This document shows positions 17,586-25,879 of a stretch of 64,000 bases of DNA, piece after piece (positions within the stretch are counted from its first letter, which is position 1; every line of letters begins with the position of its first letter). A program made the translations under genes and the position numbers. The notes below the pieces were generated by a model that did not search any database, was not told where the DNA came from, and was given only the letters and a program-made list of their open reading frames with translations. Location of the stretch: contig WJJS01000009.1 in assembly GCA_014729505.1 (NCBI GenBank), positions 970 to 64,969 on the forward strand, in the 5' to 3' direction. Origin of the DNA: Candidatus Woesearchaeota archaeon. Lineage in GTDB: Archaea; Nanobdellota; Nanobdellia; Woesearchaeales; ARS49.

Positions 17586-18647
17586 TTACAAAGAAGTGAA
17601 AGTTACTCCTTTTAAATTTTTCAGTAATTCCCTTGCTTTTTTTGTCAATTCGCCAGGACTTAACATGATCACAGGCAATTTATGCACCTGACCATTAACA
17701 AATGCTGTAGAAATATCCGCATCAGAAACCTTCTTTTTATTTTTGGCAAGAGTAAAAAAAGTAAGACGACCAACAGGACTTGGCACGTCTAACTCCAAAT
17801 GAATCTCTGCATTCTTGCGCTTCACCTCTGCGCTGCGCAAACAAATATCATGAATCTTACAATACGCTGCAATCTTCTTTAAAAAAGGGTCTGATGATTC
17901 ATCAACGCGAACAAGCGATTGCTGTGATTCAGCCTGCACATCATTTTTCTCACGAGTAACAGACTTTCCTGCAACACCGTCAACAGTATCCTTTGACTGC
18001 TTAGTCCTTGTAACCTCTTTGGACTTTTTATCCTCGGCCTGTGCAGAGTCACGCGCAGTCTTCTTCCCTTTAATCTCCTTGTCAGAAACAGAAGAGGACA
18101 GTTGTCGTTCGGATTCCTTAACTGTCTTTTCAGGTGGCACACTATCTTTTGAAGGAATCTCAATGGTAGTCACTTCCTTTTCCAACTTGACTTCAGGCTC
18201 CTTTTTTCCGGTCTGCAAAATAGTAGTAATAATTTCAGTAGCCTGATCATCAGAGAGCAAAAACCACTTGTAAAAAATCTCAGTCTTGCCATCATAGGTC
18301 ACTTCCAAAGGTTTTGCAAAATCCTTAATGCGCTTGAGACACACACGCATAAGAGGCGCGGCATCAGACTCTCTAATAACACGCTGTTCTTTTAATTGTT
18401 CATACGCCTGATAATCCTTTGTTCCCAGATTCTTGGCATAATCAACGAGTTTTTCCTCATGTTCAGGAACATAATACAAAGGGGAACTGCCAATTTTTAG
18501 ATGACTAATACGCACAAGCTTTTTAGAAGATAATTCTGAGAGCATAGCAGCAGCGATAATAGTAGACACTCCAAGATGATTTGCCACGGCAGTAGGAAGT
18601 ACGGGGCGCAAACGCATCAAAGAAAGAATCTTATCACGATAATCCAT
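17586..18647 (-). CDS. winged-helix DNA-binding protein with Lys-rich linker (uncharacterised), first gene of the fen-trm5 operon
   Basis: N-terminal wHTH-like segments (LPTAVANHLGVSTIIAAAMLSELSSKKLVR...GSSPLYY), a K/E/S-rich low-complexity middle and a conserved-looking C-terminal alpha/beta domain. The start at ATG 18647 is about 27 nt from TATA tctttaaata (- strand). The stop abuts the fen ATG. Confidence 0.4.
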   Translation of the reverse strand: MDYRDKILSLMRLRPVLPTAVANHLGVSTIIAAAMLSELSSKKLVRISHLKIGSSPLYYVPEHEEKLVDYAKNLGTKDYQAYEQLKEQRVIRESDAAPLMRVCLKRIKDFAKPLEVTYDGKTEIFYKWFLLSDDQATEIITTILQTGKKEPEVKLEKEVTTIEIPSKDSVPPEKTVKESERQLSSSVSDKEIKGKKTARDSAQAEDKKSKEVTRTKQSKDTVDGVAGKSVTREKNDVQAESQQSLVRVDESSDPFLKKIAAYCKIHDICLRSAEVKRKNAEIHLELDVPSPVGRLTFFTLAKNKKKVSDADISTAFVNGQVHKLPVIMLSPGELTKKARELLKNLKGVTFTSL

Positions 18648-18687
18648 ACAGCATGCACGCGATTCCACCTATTTAAAGATTGTTGCA

Positions 18688-19209
18688 CTAGGGACGCAAC
18701 CAGCGCACTTCCCAATAACTCACATCACCCTCCGCATCCACTACGCCTAACAAAAGACGTTTCTTTGTTGAATGAGCCACACGATTTTTTGCGGCAAACT
18801 CATACCACGTCAACGCTTCAGATTCATGGACCGGGTACACAATCCAACGCGCATGGTCCTCGCCGGGCTTGACACCACGGTCATAGACGCGAAAATCAGC
18901 ACCAAACTTCAAAGCAGTCTTCACAATATATCCCCGCTTGCGCAAATCATGAAACACACGATAACGCACACGAAAATTAGCATCAAAACGCACAGCTTTT
19001 CGCACAAAACGAGCCATATCAACAGATTTACCACGACCATCAATAATACGCACCTTCTTTTTATCAAGCAAATACGCAGCTTCCAAAGTACTTAACTCTA
19101 CGCGACCATCCTGCAAAATATGACCAAAACGACTCTGCACATATAATTCCCGAGCCTCATCACTGTTTTCAGTAATGATACTCTCACGCAAAAACACCGC
19201 TTCAATCAT
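18688..19209 (-). CDS. endA: tRNA-splicing endonuclease (EndA, short homotetramer-type subunit)
   Basis: 173 aa. Motifs LRKRGYIVKTALKFGADFRVYD, ...HARWIVYPV... and RVAHSTKKRLLLGVVD (catalytic Y/H/K context). Confidence 0.85.
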   Translation of the reverse strand: MIEAVFLRESIITENSDEARELYVQSRFGHILQDGRVELSTLEAAYLLDKKKVRIIDGRGKSVDMARFVRKAVRFDANFRVRYRVFHDLRKRGYIVKTALKFGADFRVYDRGVKPGEDHARWIVYPVHESEALTWYEFAAKNRVAHSTKKRLLLGVVDAEGDVSYWEVRWLRP

Positions 19210-19257
19210 GACACTTCAAGAACTTGACAGCTATATAATAATTGTGCTTTTCATGGT

Positions 19258-19623
19258 TTAAGAAACACCATTGAGTGCCTGGCGGTCAAGAGTCGTCTTA
19301 GCCTTATGACACTCCTTACACAAGACGCGCAAATTATCCTTATCAAACACCTCGCCACCCCTGTGAACAGGAATAGTATGACCAACATCCAACACCTCCT
19401 TTCTCTTACACACACCACCAATAGCGCAACGAAACCACGAAGGACGTGACAGGTCCTCGCGCACACGCGTCCAACTGTGCGACTGCAAAAAACACCACCT
19501 ACAAGGATCATAACAATACGTCCGACGACCCTTAGGAACCAGTAAATGACATTGCCGATATAACTTTCTACCCTTATCATCACAAGGAACAGTCATATCA
19601 ACAATCCGAGGAAAATGACCCAT
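19258..19623 (-). CDS. HNH endonuclease (small, free-standing)
   Basis: C-terminal VGHTIPVHRGGEVFDKDNLRVLCKECHKAKT (H-N-H with CxxC), preceded by additional Cys pairs. Confidence 0.65.
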   Translation of the reverse strand: MGHFPRIVDMTVPCDDKGRKLYRQCHLLVPKGRRTYCYDPCRWCFLQSHSWTRVREDLSRPSWFRCAIGGVCKRKEVLDVGHTIPVHRGGEVFDKDNLRVLCKECHKAKTTLDRQALNGVS

Positions 19624-19644
19624 ACACTAAAAAAAGCGACAAGG

Positions 19645-19652
19645 TTAAAAAA
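19645..19652. promoter_or_regulatory. A/T box (ttaaaaaa) centred between divergent HNH gene and rnz
   Basis: The box centre is 25.5 nt from the ATG at 19623 (-) and 25.5 nt from the ATG at 19674 (+). Confidence 0.4.
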
Positions 19653-19673
19653 GCCATCGACGCACAAACGTAC

Positions 19674-20564
19674 ATGAAACTCACCATCCTTGGCACGAGC
19701 TGCAGCATCCCCACAAAAGAACGCAATACCTCTGGATATTTTCTTCGCATCAAAAATCACGGCATCCTCTTTGATTGTGGAGAAGGAACACAACGACAAA
19801 TGAAACTTGCAGGACTCAAACTCTCAAAAATTACCATTATTTGCATTACACACTGGCACGGAGACCATGTCCTTGGACTTGGAGGATTATTACAAAGCAT
19901 ACAAGGACTCGACCACGTGGACACTCTAAAAATATTTGGACCACAAGGAACAAAACAATACTTCGCACACCTTTTTGACAGTTTATCCTTTGACCTCAAG
20001 ATATCACTAGACATCCACGAAATCACTTCAGGAATATTTTATGAAAACGAGACGTTTTACCTAGAAACCCTGCCAATGAAACACAACATACCCTGCCAGG
20101 GATATTCATTGATAGAAAAAGACAAGCGACGAATACACATCAAAACACTAGAAACTCTGGGCATTCCAGCCGGACCATTGGTAGGCAAACTACAACGAGG
20201 AGAACAAATCACTCACAAAGGAAAAACCGTGAGACCAGAACAAGTCTCACGACTAGAAAAAGGAAAAAAATTCTGTTACATCACCGACACGTTACCAAAT
20301 AACAACGCCATAACACTCGCAAACGATGCGGACCTGCTACTCTCAGAATGCGTCTATGATCACAGCATGAAAGCAAAAGCCAGACAACACCACCACCTCA
20401 CAGCACAACAAGCAGGACACATCGCAAGCAAAGCAAACGCAAAAAAACTCGTCCTCACCCATTTTAGTGCGCGCTACAAAGAAACATCACTACTGGAACA
20501 AGACGCAAGAGCAGTGTTTGACAATGTAATCAGCGCAGAGGATTTTATGACATTCACCCTATGA
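19674..20564 (+). CDS. rnz: ribonuclease Z (tRNA 3' endonuclease, metallo-beta-lactamase)
   Basis: MKLTILGTSCSIP...GILFDCGEGTQRQ...ICITHWHGDHVLGLGGLL (HxHxDH) and a C-terminal LTHFSARY. Confidence 0.85.
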   Translation: MKLTILGTSCSIPTKERNTSGYFLRIKNHGILFDCGEGTQRQMKLAGLKLSKITIICITHWHGDHVLGLGGLLQSIQGLDHVDTLKIFGPQGTKQYFAHLFDSLSFDLKISLDIHEITSGIFYENETFYLETLPMKHNIPCQGYSLIEKDKRRIHIKTLETLGIPAGPLVGKLQRGEQITHKGKTVRPEQVSRLEKGKKFCYITDTLPNNNAITLANDADLLLSECVYDHSMKAKARQHHHLTAQQAGHIASKANAKKLVLTHFSARYKETSLLEQDARAVFDNVISAEDFMTFTL

Positions 20565-20944
20565 GCAAACGAAAAGGAAGCAGCGCAGAACGAGACCTTC
20601 TACATAAATTCTGGGCAATACCTTCATGGGTTGCCATTCGCGCTGCAGGAAGTGGAAGTATGCGGTATCCCAGTCCCGACATCATCGCAGCCACAGCCAC
20701 GAAAAAATTGCTCATAGAATGCAAAGTACGGCGGGCAGGACGCATCTACCTAAGTAAAGAAGAAGTATTGGCACTACGAGAATTTGCCGATCTCTTTGGC
20801 GGCATAGCTTACGTCGCATTCAAACTCGATCGTGGAGAATGGCGATTCGTACGCATGCCAGACTTAGAAGCTACAGGAACACAATACGTCATCCACGATG
20901 AGACTCCCTCAACGAGTTTTGAAGAATTAGTAGAACTAGATTAA
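20561..20944 (+). CDS. hjc: Holliday junction resolvase Hjc
   Basis: 127 aa. Motifs KGSSAERDLL, ...SPDIIA... and LLIECKVR (E-D-ExK nuclease core). There is an ATGA overlap with rnz. Confidence 0.8.
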   Translation: MSKRKGSSAERDLLHKFWAIPSWVAIRAAGSGSMRYPSPDIIAATATKKLLIECKVRRAGRIYLSKEEVLALREFADLFGGIAYVAFKLDRGEWRFVRMPDLEATGTQYVIHDETPSTSFEELVELD

Positions 20945-21031
20945 CTTAACTATTGGACTGCCTTAGCTAATGAAGAACCGCGAGTCAAGAGAAGCTCTTT
21001 GAGTGCGGGTCCTAGGCCCAGATCCATGAGC

Positions 21032-21364
21032 TCATTGCGATACGCAGCAAAAAGTCCTATTCATACCCAAATCAACAGGTTCCTTATAGCATTTTGTTAA
21101 GAAAACATTTACCTTATCAATATGCGCTTCTACCTCATCAATAAACGAATGAGAATGTACTGTCAGAAGAATTTCTTCATACACAGAGACACTCTGGCAA
21201 GAATTTGTCAAGCCTGCCAAACCACCGCCGCAATTCTGCGTCAAAAGAACACCTTTTTGTGACCTCTTTACAACACTATTACGTTTTGCAACCGTTATAC
21301 CATGAACATCAAGAACGTCTTTGAGGGCTTCAGATATGATATCAACACAAGAATCCAACAACAA
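21032..21364 (-). CDS. hypothetical protein (weakly supported)
   Basis: 110-aa ORF with a TTG start, no ATG alternative, no motif and no well-spaced TATA box. Confidence 0.25.
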   Translation of the reverse strand: MLLDSCVDIISEALKDVLDVHGITVAKRNSVVKRSQKGVLLTQNCGGGLAGLTNSCQSVSVYEEILLTVHSHSFIDEVEAHIDKVNVFLTKCYKEPVDLGMNRTFCCVSQ

Positions 21365-21427
21365 TTAAGGTCTTTTTAATCAATATGCAAAGAAAAACTT
21401 ATAAACCCTACTTTTCAGAAGAAGGCT

Positions 21428-21937
21428 ATGAAGATACCTGCACGCCGCGTGTATGCTATCATTGCGGAGCTCATCAATGATGATGCTGTAGCTATCGTTA
21501 AAATTCTGAAAAACAGGTCAAACGTGTCAGAGTTCAAATTAGCCGAAGAACTCGATCAAGAAATCAATATCACACGCAACCGTCTCTATCAACTCTATGA
21601 TCTTAACCTCGTCTCCTTTACACGAAAAAAAGACCAAAAAAAAGGATGGTACATTCACTACTGGACTTTTAACACTTCTCAAGTACGCTTTTTAATTCTT
21701 AACTATCTCAAAAATAAAATCGACAGACTCAAAGACCGCCTCGAACGAGAAAAAAGCAGTCAATTTTATATCTGTGAAAATAAATGCGTACGCTTTAGCT
21801 TTGAACAAAGCACAGACTTTGAATTCAAATGCCCAGAATGCGGCGAACTTCTTGATTTAGAAGATAACAGTCAAAAAATATCACGAATAGAAGAACAACT
21901 TAAAACATTCAAAAAAGAACTAGAAAGTATACAATAA
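21428..21937 (+). CDS. tfe: transcription factor E (TFE-alpha, TFIIE-alpha homologue)
   Basis: N-terminal extended winged helix (ELINDDAVAIVKIL...SEFKLAEEL...RNRLYQLYDLNLV) plus a zinc ribbon CENKC...CPECG. TATA cttataaa lies about 25 nt upstream. Confidence 0.75.
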   Translation: MKIPARRVYAIIAELINDDAVAIVKILKNRSNVSEFKLAEELDQEINITRNRLYQLYDLNLVSFTRKKDQKKGWYIHYWTFNTSQVRFLILNYLKNKIDRLKDRLEREKSSQFYICENKCVRFSFEQSTDFEFKCPECGELLDLEDNSQKISRIEEQLKTFKKELESIQ

Positions 21938-22129
21938 CTATTTACGCTTCTTCTTCTGGCTATGTGCTTTACGTTCCTCTTTGAGCAATACTTCTACTAA
22001 TCGCTCGATGTGAATTTCAATACGTTCAATACGACGTTCTACAAGAACAACATATCTCAACACATACACAATAGCAGCAAGCGTGGCAATAATCGTTGCC
22101 AGAGTAATAATCAAAAACGGTTCAACCAT
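21938..22129 (-). CDS. small membrane protein with coiled-coil tail
   Basis: 63 aa with one N-terminal TM followed by ERRIERIEIHIERLVEVLLKEE and a basic tail. A GAGGTG Shine-Dalgarno sequence lies 6 nt upstream of the ATG. Confidence 0.35.
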   Translation of the reverse strand: MVEPFLIITLATIIATLAAIVYVLRYVVLVERRIERIEIHIERLVEVLLKEERKAHSQKKKRK

Positions 22130-22191
22130 GAAACACCTCTTTTATCTCTTGATAACACGGTGATATAAAAAACTATTGCAGCAGGCCCGCA

Positions 22192-22926
22192 TTATTTCTT
22201 CCACAATGACGAAAACAGGGTTGAAAAATTCTTTGCAAACACATCACTATGAATCCAAACCGCAAATTCAGTCGTGTCGTGAGGAAGCATAACAACCTGC
22301 TCATCATCAGCGAGAACAAAACGAAAATCAGGAGAACAATTACGAACAGCAATATCCTTATGACGAAAAGGATCCTGAGATGATACTACCTGAACAATAG
22401 CGCCATTCTTAGTTGCCTTAACCAAACCACGCTTAAGCTCTTTTGCAACATCAGGAGACACACAGAGTTTTACTGATTTTTTGGCCTTTTTCATTACACT
22501 CTGCATATGCGAAACCACATTTTTCTGCCCGCGCACAATACCAGTAATCTCAGCAGGATCCACGTGTTGAGAACCCTTATCAAACAGATTATGAAGTGAC
22601 TGAATCACTTCAGAACTCTTAAGCTCTTCAAGCATACGATCCTGTGCTTGAGCATCTTCACGAATCTTTCCTTTAACACGCTCAATGACTTCTTGAGGCG
22701 ACACCGCAATATATTGAATAGGTTTTCCCAATTTCATAACAATAAACCCTTTACGCTCCAAACTCTCAAGCACATCATAACTGCGTGAGCGCGGCACATT
22801 AGCAATATCAGACAATTCACCAGCAGTAGCTACGCCGCGAGAAAGCAGAGCAGTCCATAATTTTGCTTCATAGCTATTAATCCCAAGATCGCGGATTTTA
22901 CTCAAGAATTCTTTTTCCACTATCAT
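22192..22926 (-). CDS. TrmB-family transcriptional regulator
   Basis: N-terminal wHTH: LGINSYEAKLWTALLSRGVATAGELSDIANVPRSRSYDVLESLERKGFIV. Followed by a coiled coil and a C-terminal effector-like domain. TATA ctatataaa lies about 27 nt upstream. Confidence 0.8.
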   Translation of the reverse strand: MIVEKEFLSKIRDLGINSYEAKLWTALLSRGVATAGELSDIANVPRSRSYDVLESLERKGFIVMKLGKPIQYIAVSPQEVIERVKGKIREDAQAQDRMLEELKSSEVIQSLHNLFDKGSQHVDPAEITGIVRGQKNVVSHMQSVMKKAKKSVKLCVSPDVAKELKRGLVKATKNGAIVQVVSSQDPFRHKDIAVRNCSPDFRFVLADDEQVVMLPHDTTEFAVWIHSDVFAKNFSTLFSSLWKK

Positions 22927-23028
22927 AACAAGATACCAGACAGACCACTATATAAAGGTTTCTCTATGTCGTTATTCAGTAGTGACATATTTTATATGTG
23001 CTTCTCTTAATTGCGTGTGCGGATGACA

Positions 23029-23214
23029 GGGACCTTTATTTCTTGTGGAAAAGGATTGTGGGACTTGAAAATTCGTTTTTTGCTCAAAAAAAGACGATTT
23101 TTGCAGATTGATTTTGCAAAGTCATACAATCCATTTCTTTAATATATAGAAAATTAATAGATTTATGAATATGATTATTTGATTGATTTGTTCCATAGGA
23201 AATGAAAGGGGCTT
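23029..23214. other. candidate replication origin (oriC): inverted ORB-like boxes flanking an AT-rich unwinding region
   Basis: The 341-nt spacer directly upstream of orc1/cdc6-polD holds two boxes. ttccataggaaatgaaaggggctt (23191-23214) matches the TTCCAnnGGAAAnGAAAGGGG ORB pattern. gggacctttatttcttgtggaaaa (23029-23052) is its imperfect reverse complement. Between them lie about 135 nt of very AT-rich DNA with short direct repeats. Confidence 0.5.
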
Positions 23215-23236
23215 GGTTGGGAACAAAAGCCAAAGC

Positions 23237-23243
23237 TTATATA
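23237..23243 (+). promoter_or_regulatory. TATA box (ttatata) of the orc1/cdc6-polD operon
   Basis: Centred 28 nt upstream of the ATG at 23268. Confidence 0.5.
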
Positions 23244-23267
23244 CCTCCGTTTCTTCTGGAAGAAAAC

Positions 23268-24476
23268 ATGAAAGAAGAGGGGTTGGTAGAATATTTTGAA
23301 CACTTTCTAGAGAACAATACCATCTTTAAAAAGAAACTTGTCTTACAAAGTCATTACGCTCCAAACACTATAACGCATCGAGATGAACAGATCAATGCAG
23401 TAGCAAAAATACTGGCACCGACCCTTCGTGGAGAACAAACATCAAACCTTTTTATTTACGGTAAAACAGGTACTGGAAAAACACTCGTTGTCAAACACAC
23501 CACAGAAAAACTACTACACATCGCACAACAACGAGATATAAAAGTCAAAGTCGTGTATGTCAACTGTAAACTAAAAAGAGTTGCAGACACAGAATACCGC
23601 TTGCTTGCACAACTCGCCCGCTCATTTGGCAAAGAAATACCGGCCACAGGATTACCAACAGACGAAGTCTACAATGTCTTTTACGAAGTCATAGATTCCA
23701 CACGCTGCATCAATATACTAGTACTTGATGAAATAGACCAACTCATGGAACGAGCAGGCAATGATATACTGTACAATCTTACAAGAATAAATTCAGAACT
23801 CAAAGAATCACGCATAAGTCTAGTGGGAATATCAAATGACCTGTCATTTACCGATAAATTAGACCCGCGAGTCAAAAGCAGTTTGTCAGAAGAAGAACTC
23901 GTTTTTCCACCCTATAATGCATTACAGATACAAGATATTCTGCGACGACGCTCAGACCTTGCATTTCACGAAAACGTACTAGAACCAGGACTCATAGAAA
24001 AATGTTCTGCTTATGCGGCGCGAGAACATGGAGATGCACGACGAGCATTAGAACTATTACGCGTAGCAGGAGAAATTGCAGAAAGAGAATGCCAACAACA
24101 AGTACTCATAGCACACCTTGACAAAGCAGAACAGAAAATAGAAAACGACCGCGTCTATCACATCGTACGCACATACCCAAAACAATCACAAGTCATACTC
24201 TACGCCATCCTCTGCCTACACCTCAAAAAACGAGAACTATTCTTCACAGGAGAAATATACGAACTCTACGAATACCTATGTAAAAAACTCAATTTTAGAC
24301 CGCTAACACAACGACGAGTAAGTGACGTGTTATCAGAACTTGACATGCTGGGCCTCATACGGGCACGCATAATCTCAAAAGGACGCTACGGTCGCATGAG
24401 AGAAATATCGTTATCCATTGGAGAAACCATCCTCCCCTTAATCAAGAAAACACTCGAAGAGAGCCTAGGACTATGA
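23268..24476 (+). CDS. cdc6: Orc1/Cdc6 replication initiator
   Basis: AAA+ Walker A GKTGTGKT, Walker B LVLDEIDQL, sensor and ISM region, C-terminal winged helix (RRVSDVLSELDMLGLI). The start is set at ATG 23268 (MKEEGLVEYF) rather than track start 23202, which lies inside the ORB-like box. Confidence 0.9.
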   Translation: MKEEGLVEYFEHFLENNTIFKKKLVLQSHYAPNTITHRDEQINAVAKILAPTLRGEQTSNLFIYGKTGTGKTLVVKHTTEKLLHIAQQRDIKVKVVYVNCKLKRVADTEYRLLAQLARSFGKEIPATGLPTDEVYNVFYEVIDSTRCINILVLDEIDQLMERAGNDILYNLTRINSELKESRISLVGISNDLSFTDKLDPRVKSSLSEEELVFPPYNALQIQDILRRRSDLAFHENVLEPGLIEKCSAYAAREHGDARRALELLRVAGEIAERECQQQVLIAHLDKAEQKIENDRVYHIVRTYPKQSQVILYAILCLHLKKRELFFTGEIYELYEYLCKKLNFRPLTQRRVSDVLSELDMLGLIRARIISKGRYGRMREISLSIGETILPLIKKTLEESLGL

Positions 24477-25879
24477 ACGCAGAACTTCTCGAGAAAAAAA
24501 AGAAAATAGTAGAATATTATCTCAAACAAAAAAAACTCCTAAGCAAAGAACTCCTACAACAATTACAACAAGAAGAACACGTAGAACACATCTACAAATC
24601 ACTACATACAATCCCTTCACAATACACTGTAAGCATAACACAAGAATACGAATTTGAAAAAGAAAACTATGCGGTTCAAGATTTCACACAACATTTCATC
24701 ACACGATTTAGAGCACTAGAAAACATGCTCAAAGGAAGACAAGAACTCAAAGGACTCACCTCCATTCGACGAGCAGCACAAAAAAGCGAACGCGAAACAG
24801 TATCACTCATAGGAATGGTATATGAAAAAAGCCTCACAAAAAACGGCAACATCATACTCGTTTTAGAAGATCTCAGCGGATTTATCAAAGTCATCATCAG
24901 CACAAACAGTCCTTGTTTTGCAGAAGCACAAGATACCATGCTCGATGAAGTCATAGGAATAGTGGGGAGTGCGGGCAATAATGTCGTCTTTGCCAATTCA
25001 CTCATCGTTCCAGATGTACCACTAGCAACAGAAATCAAAAAAAGTCCGGATGAAGCATACGCTGTTGTCGCTGCAGATCCGCAAGTAGGATCAAAACTCT
25101 TCATTGAACAACAATTCAACAACTTCATTGAATGGACAAGAGGAAATTACGGAACCACACAAGAACGAGAAATAGCGGCAAAAACAGGTTACATACTTAT
25201 ACCTGGAGACGTAATAGAAGGAGTAGGAATATTTCCACGACAAGAAGAAGAACTAGACATTACAGACGTGTATGAACAATACAAAACACTGGCAACATAC
25301 CTGGCACGCATACCACGCGATAAACATATCATCATCTGCACAGGAAATCACGATGCGTGCCGCATAGCAGAACCACAACCACGCATCTACAAAGATCTCG
25401 CACCGGACCTGTACGCATTACCAAACTGTCACCTCGTTACAAACCCCTCAATCGTCACCATACACAAACATCGCGATTTTGCAGGCTTTACTATTCTCTT
25501 TTATCACGGATTCAGTTATTCCTATTATTGTGACCAAGTACAAAGCATAAAAGACAGCGGACTGCCCATTTCAGATCGAACAGGCATTATCATGAAATAC
25601 CTGCTACGACGACGACACCTCGCACCAAGTTATGGATCTACACGAGCAGTACCTAATCCAGCACAAGACTGTCTTGTCATACAACAAGTACCTGACTTTT
25701 TTATTTCAGGACATATACACAAAGCAGTCGTTACCAACTATCGGGGAGTCAACATTATCTGTGGAAGCTGCTTTCAAAGCGGCTCTGCATACCAAGAAAA
25801 ATTCGGACACATACCAGTACCAGGACAAGTACCGCTCATCAATCTCAAAACAAGAAAAGTAAGCATGTTGGAGTTTTAA
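24473..25879 (+). CDS. DNA polymerase D small subunit (DP1, Mre11-like phosphoesterase)
   Basis: OB-fold region followed by calcineurin-like motifs: VVAADPQVG, GDVIEGVG, GNHDA and GHIH. There is an ATGA overlap with cdc6. Confidence 0.85.
   Translation: MNAELLEKKKKIVEYYLKQKKLLSKELLQQLQQEEHVEHIYKSLHTIPSQYTVSITQEYEFEKENYAVQDFTQHFITRFRALENMLKGRQELKGLTSIRRAAQKSERETVSLIGMVYEKSLTKNGNIILVLEDLSGFIKVIISTNSPCFAEAQDTMLDEVIGIVGSAGNNVVFANSLIVPDVPLATEIKKSPDEAYAVVAADPQVGSKLFIEQQFNNFIEWTRGNYGTTQEREIAAKTGYILIPGDVIEGVGIFPRQEEELDITDVYEQYKTLATYLARIPRDKHIIICTGNHDACRIAEPQPRIYKDLAPDLYALPNCHLVTNPSIVTIHKHRDFAGFTILFYHGFSYSYYCDQVQSIKDSGLPISDRTGIIMKYLLRRRHLAPSYGSTRAVPNPAQDCLVIQQVPDFFISGHIHKAVVTNYRGVNIICGSCFQSGSAYQEKFGHIPVPGQVPLINLKTRKVSMLEF

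Noticed and set aside
21365-21427. Possible shared promoter between hypothetical ORF 21032-21364 and tfe.
   Set aside because: Only tfe has a correctly spaced TATA box (cttataaa, about 25 nt). The minus-strand ORF starts with TTG only about 14 nt from the nearest A/T box, so its reality remains doubtful.
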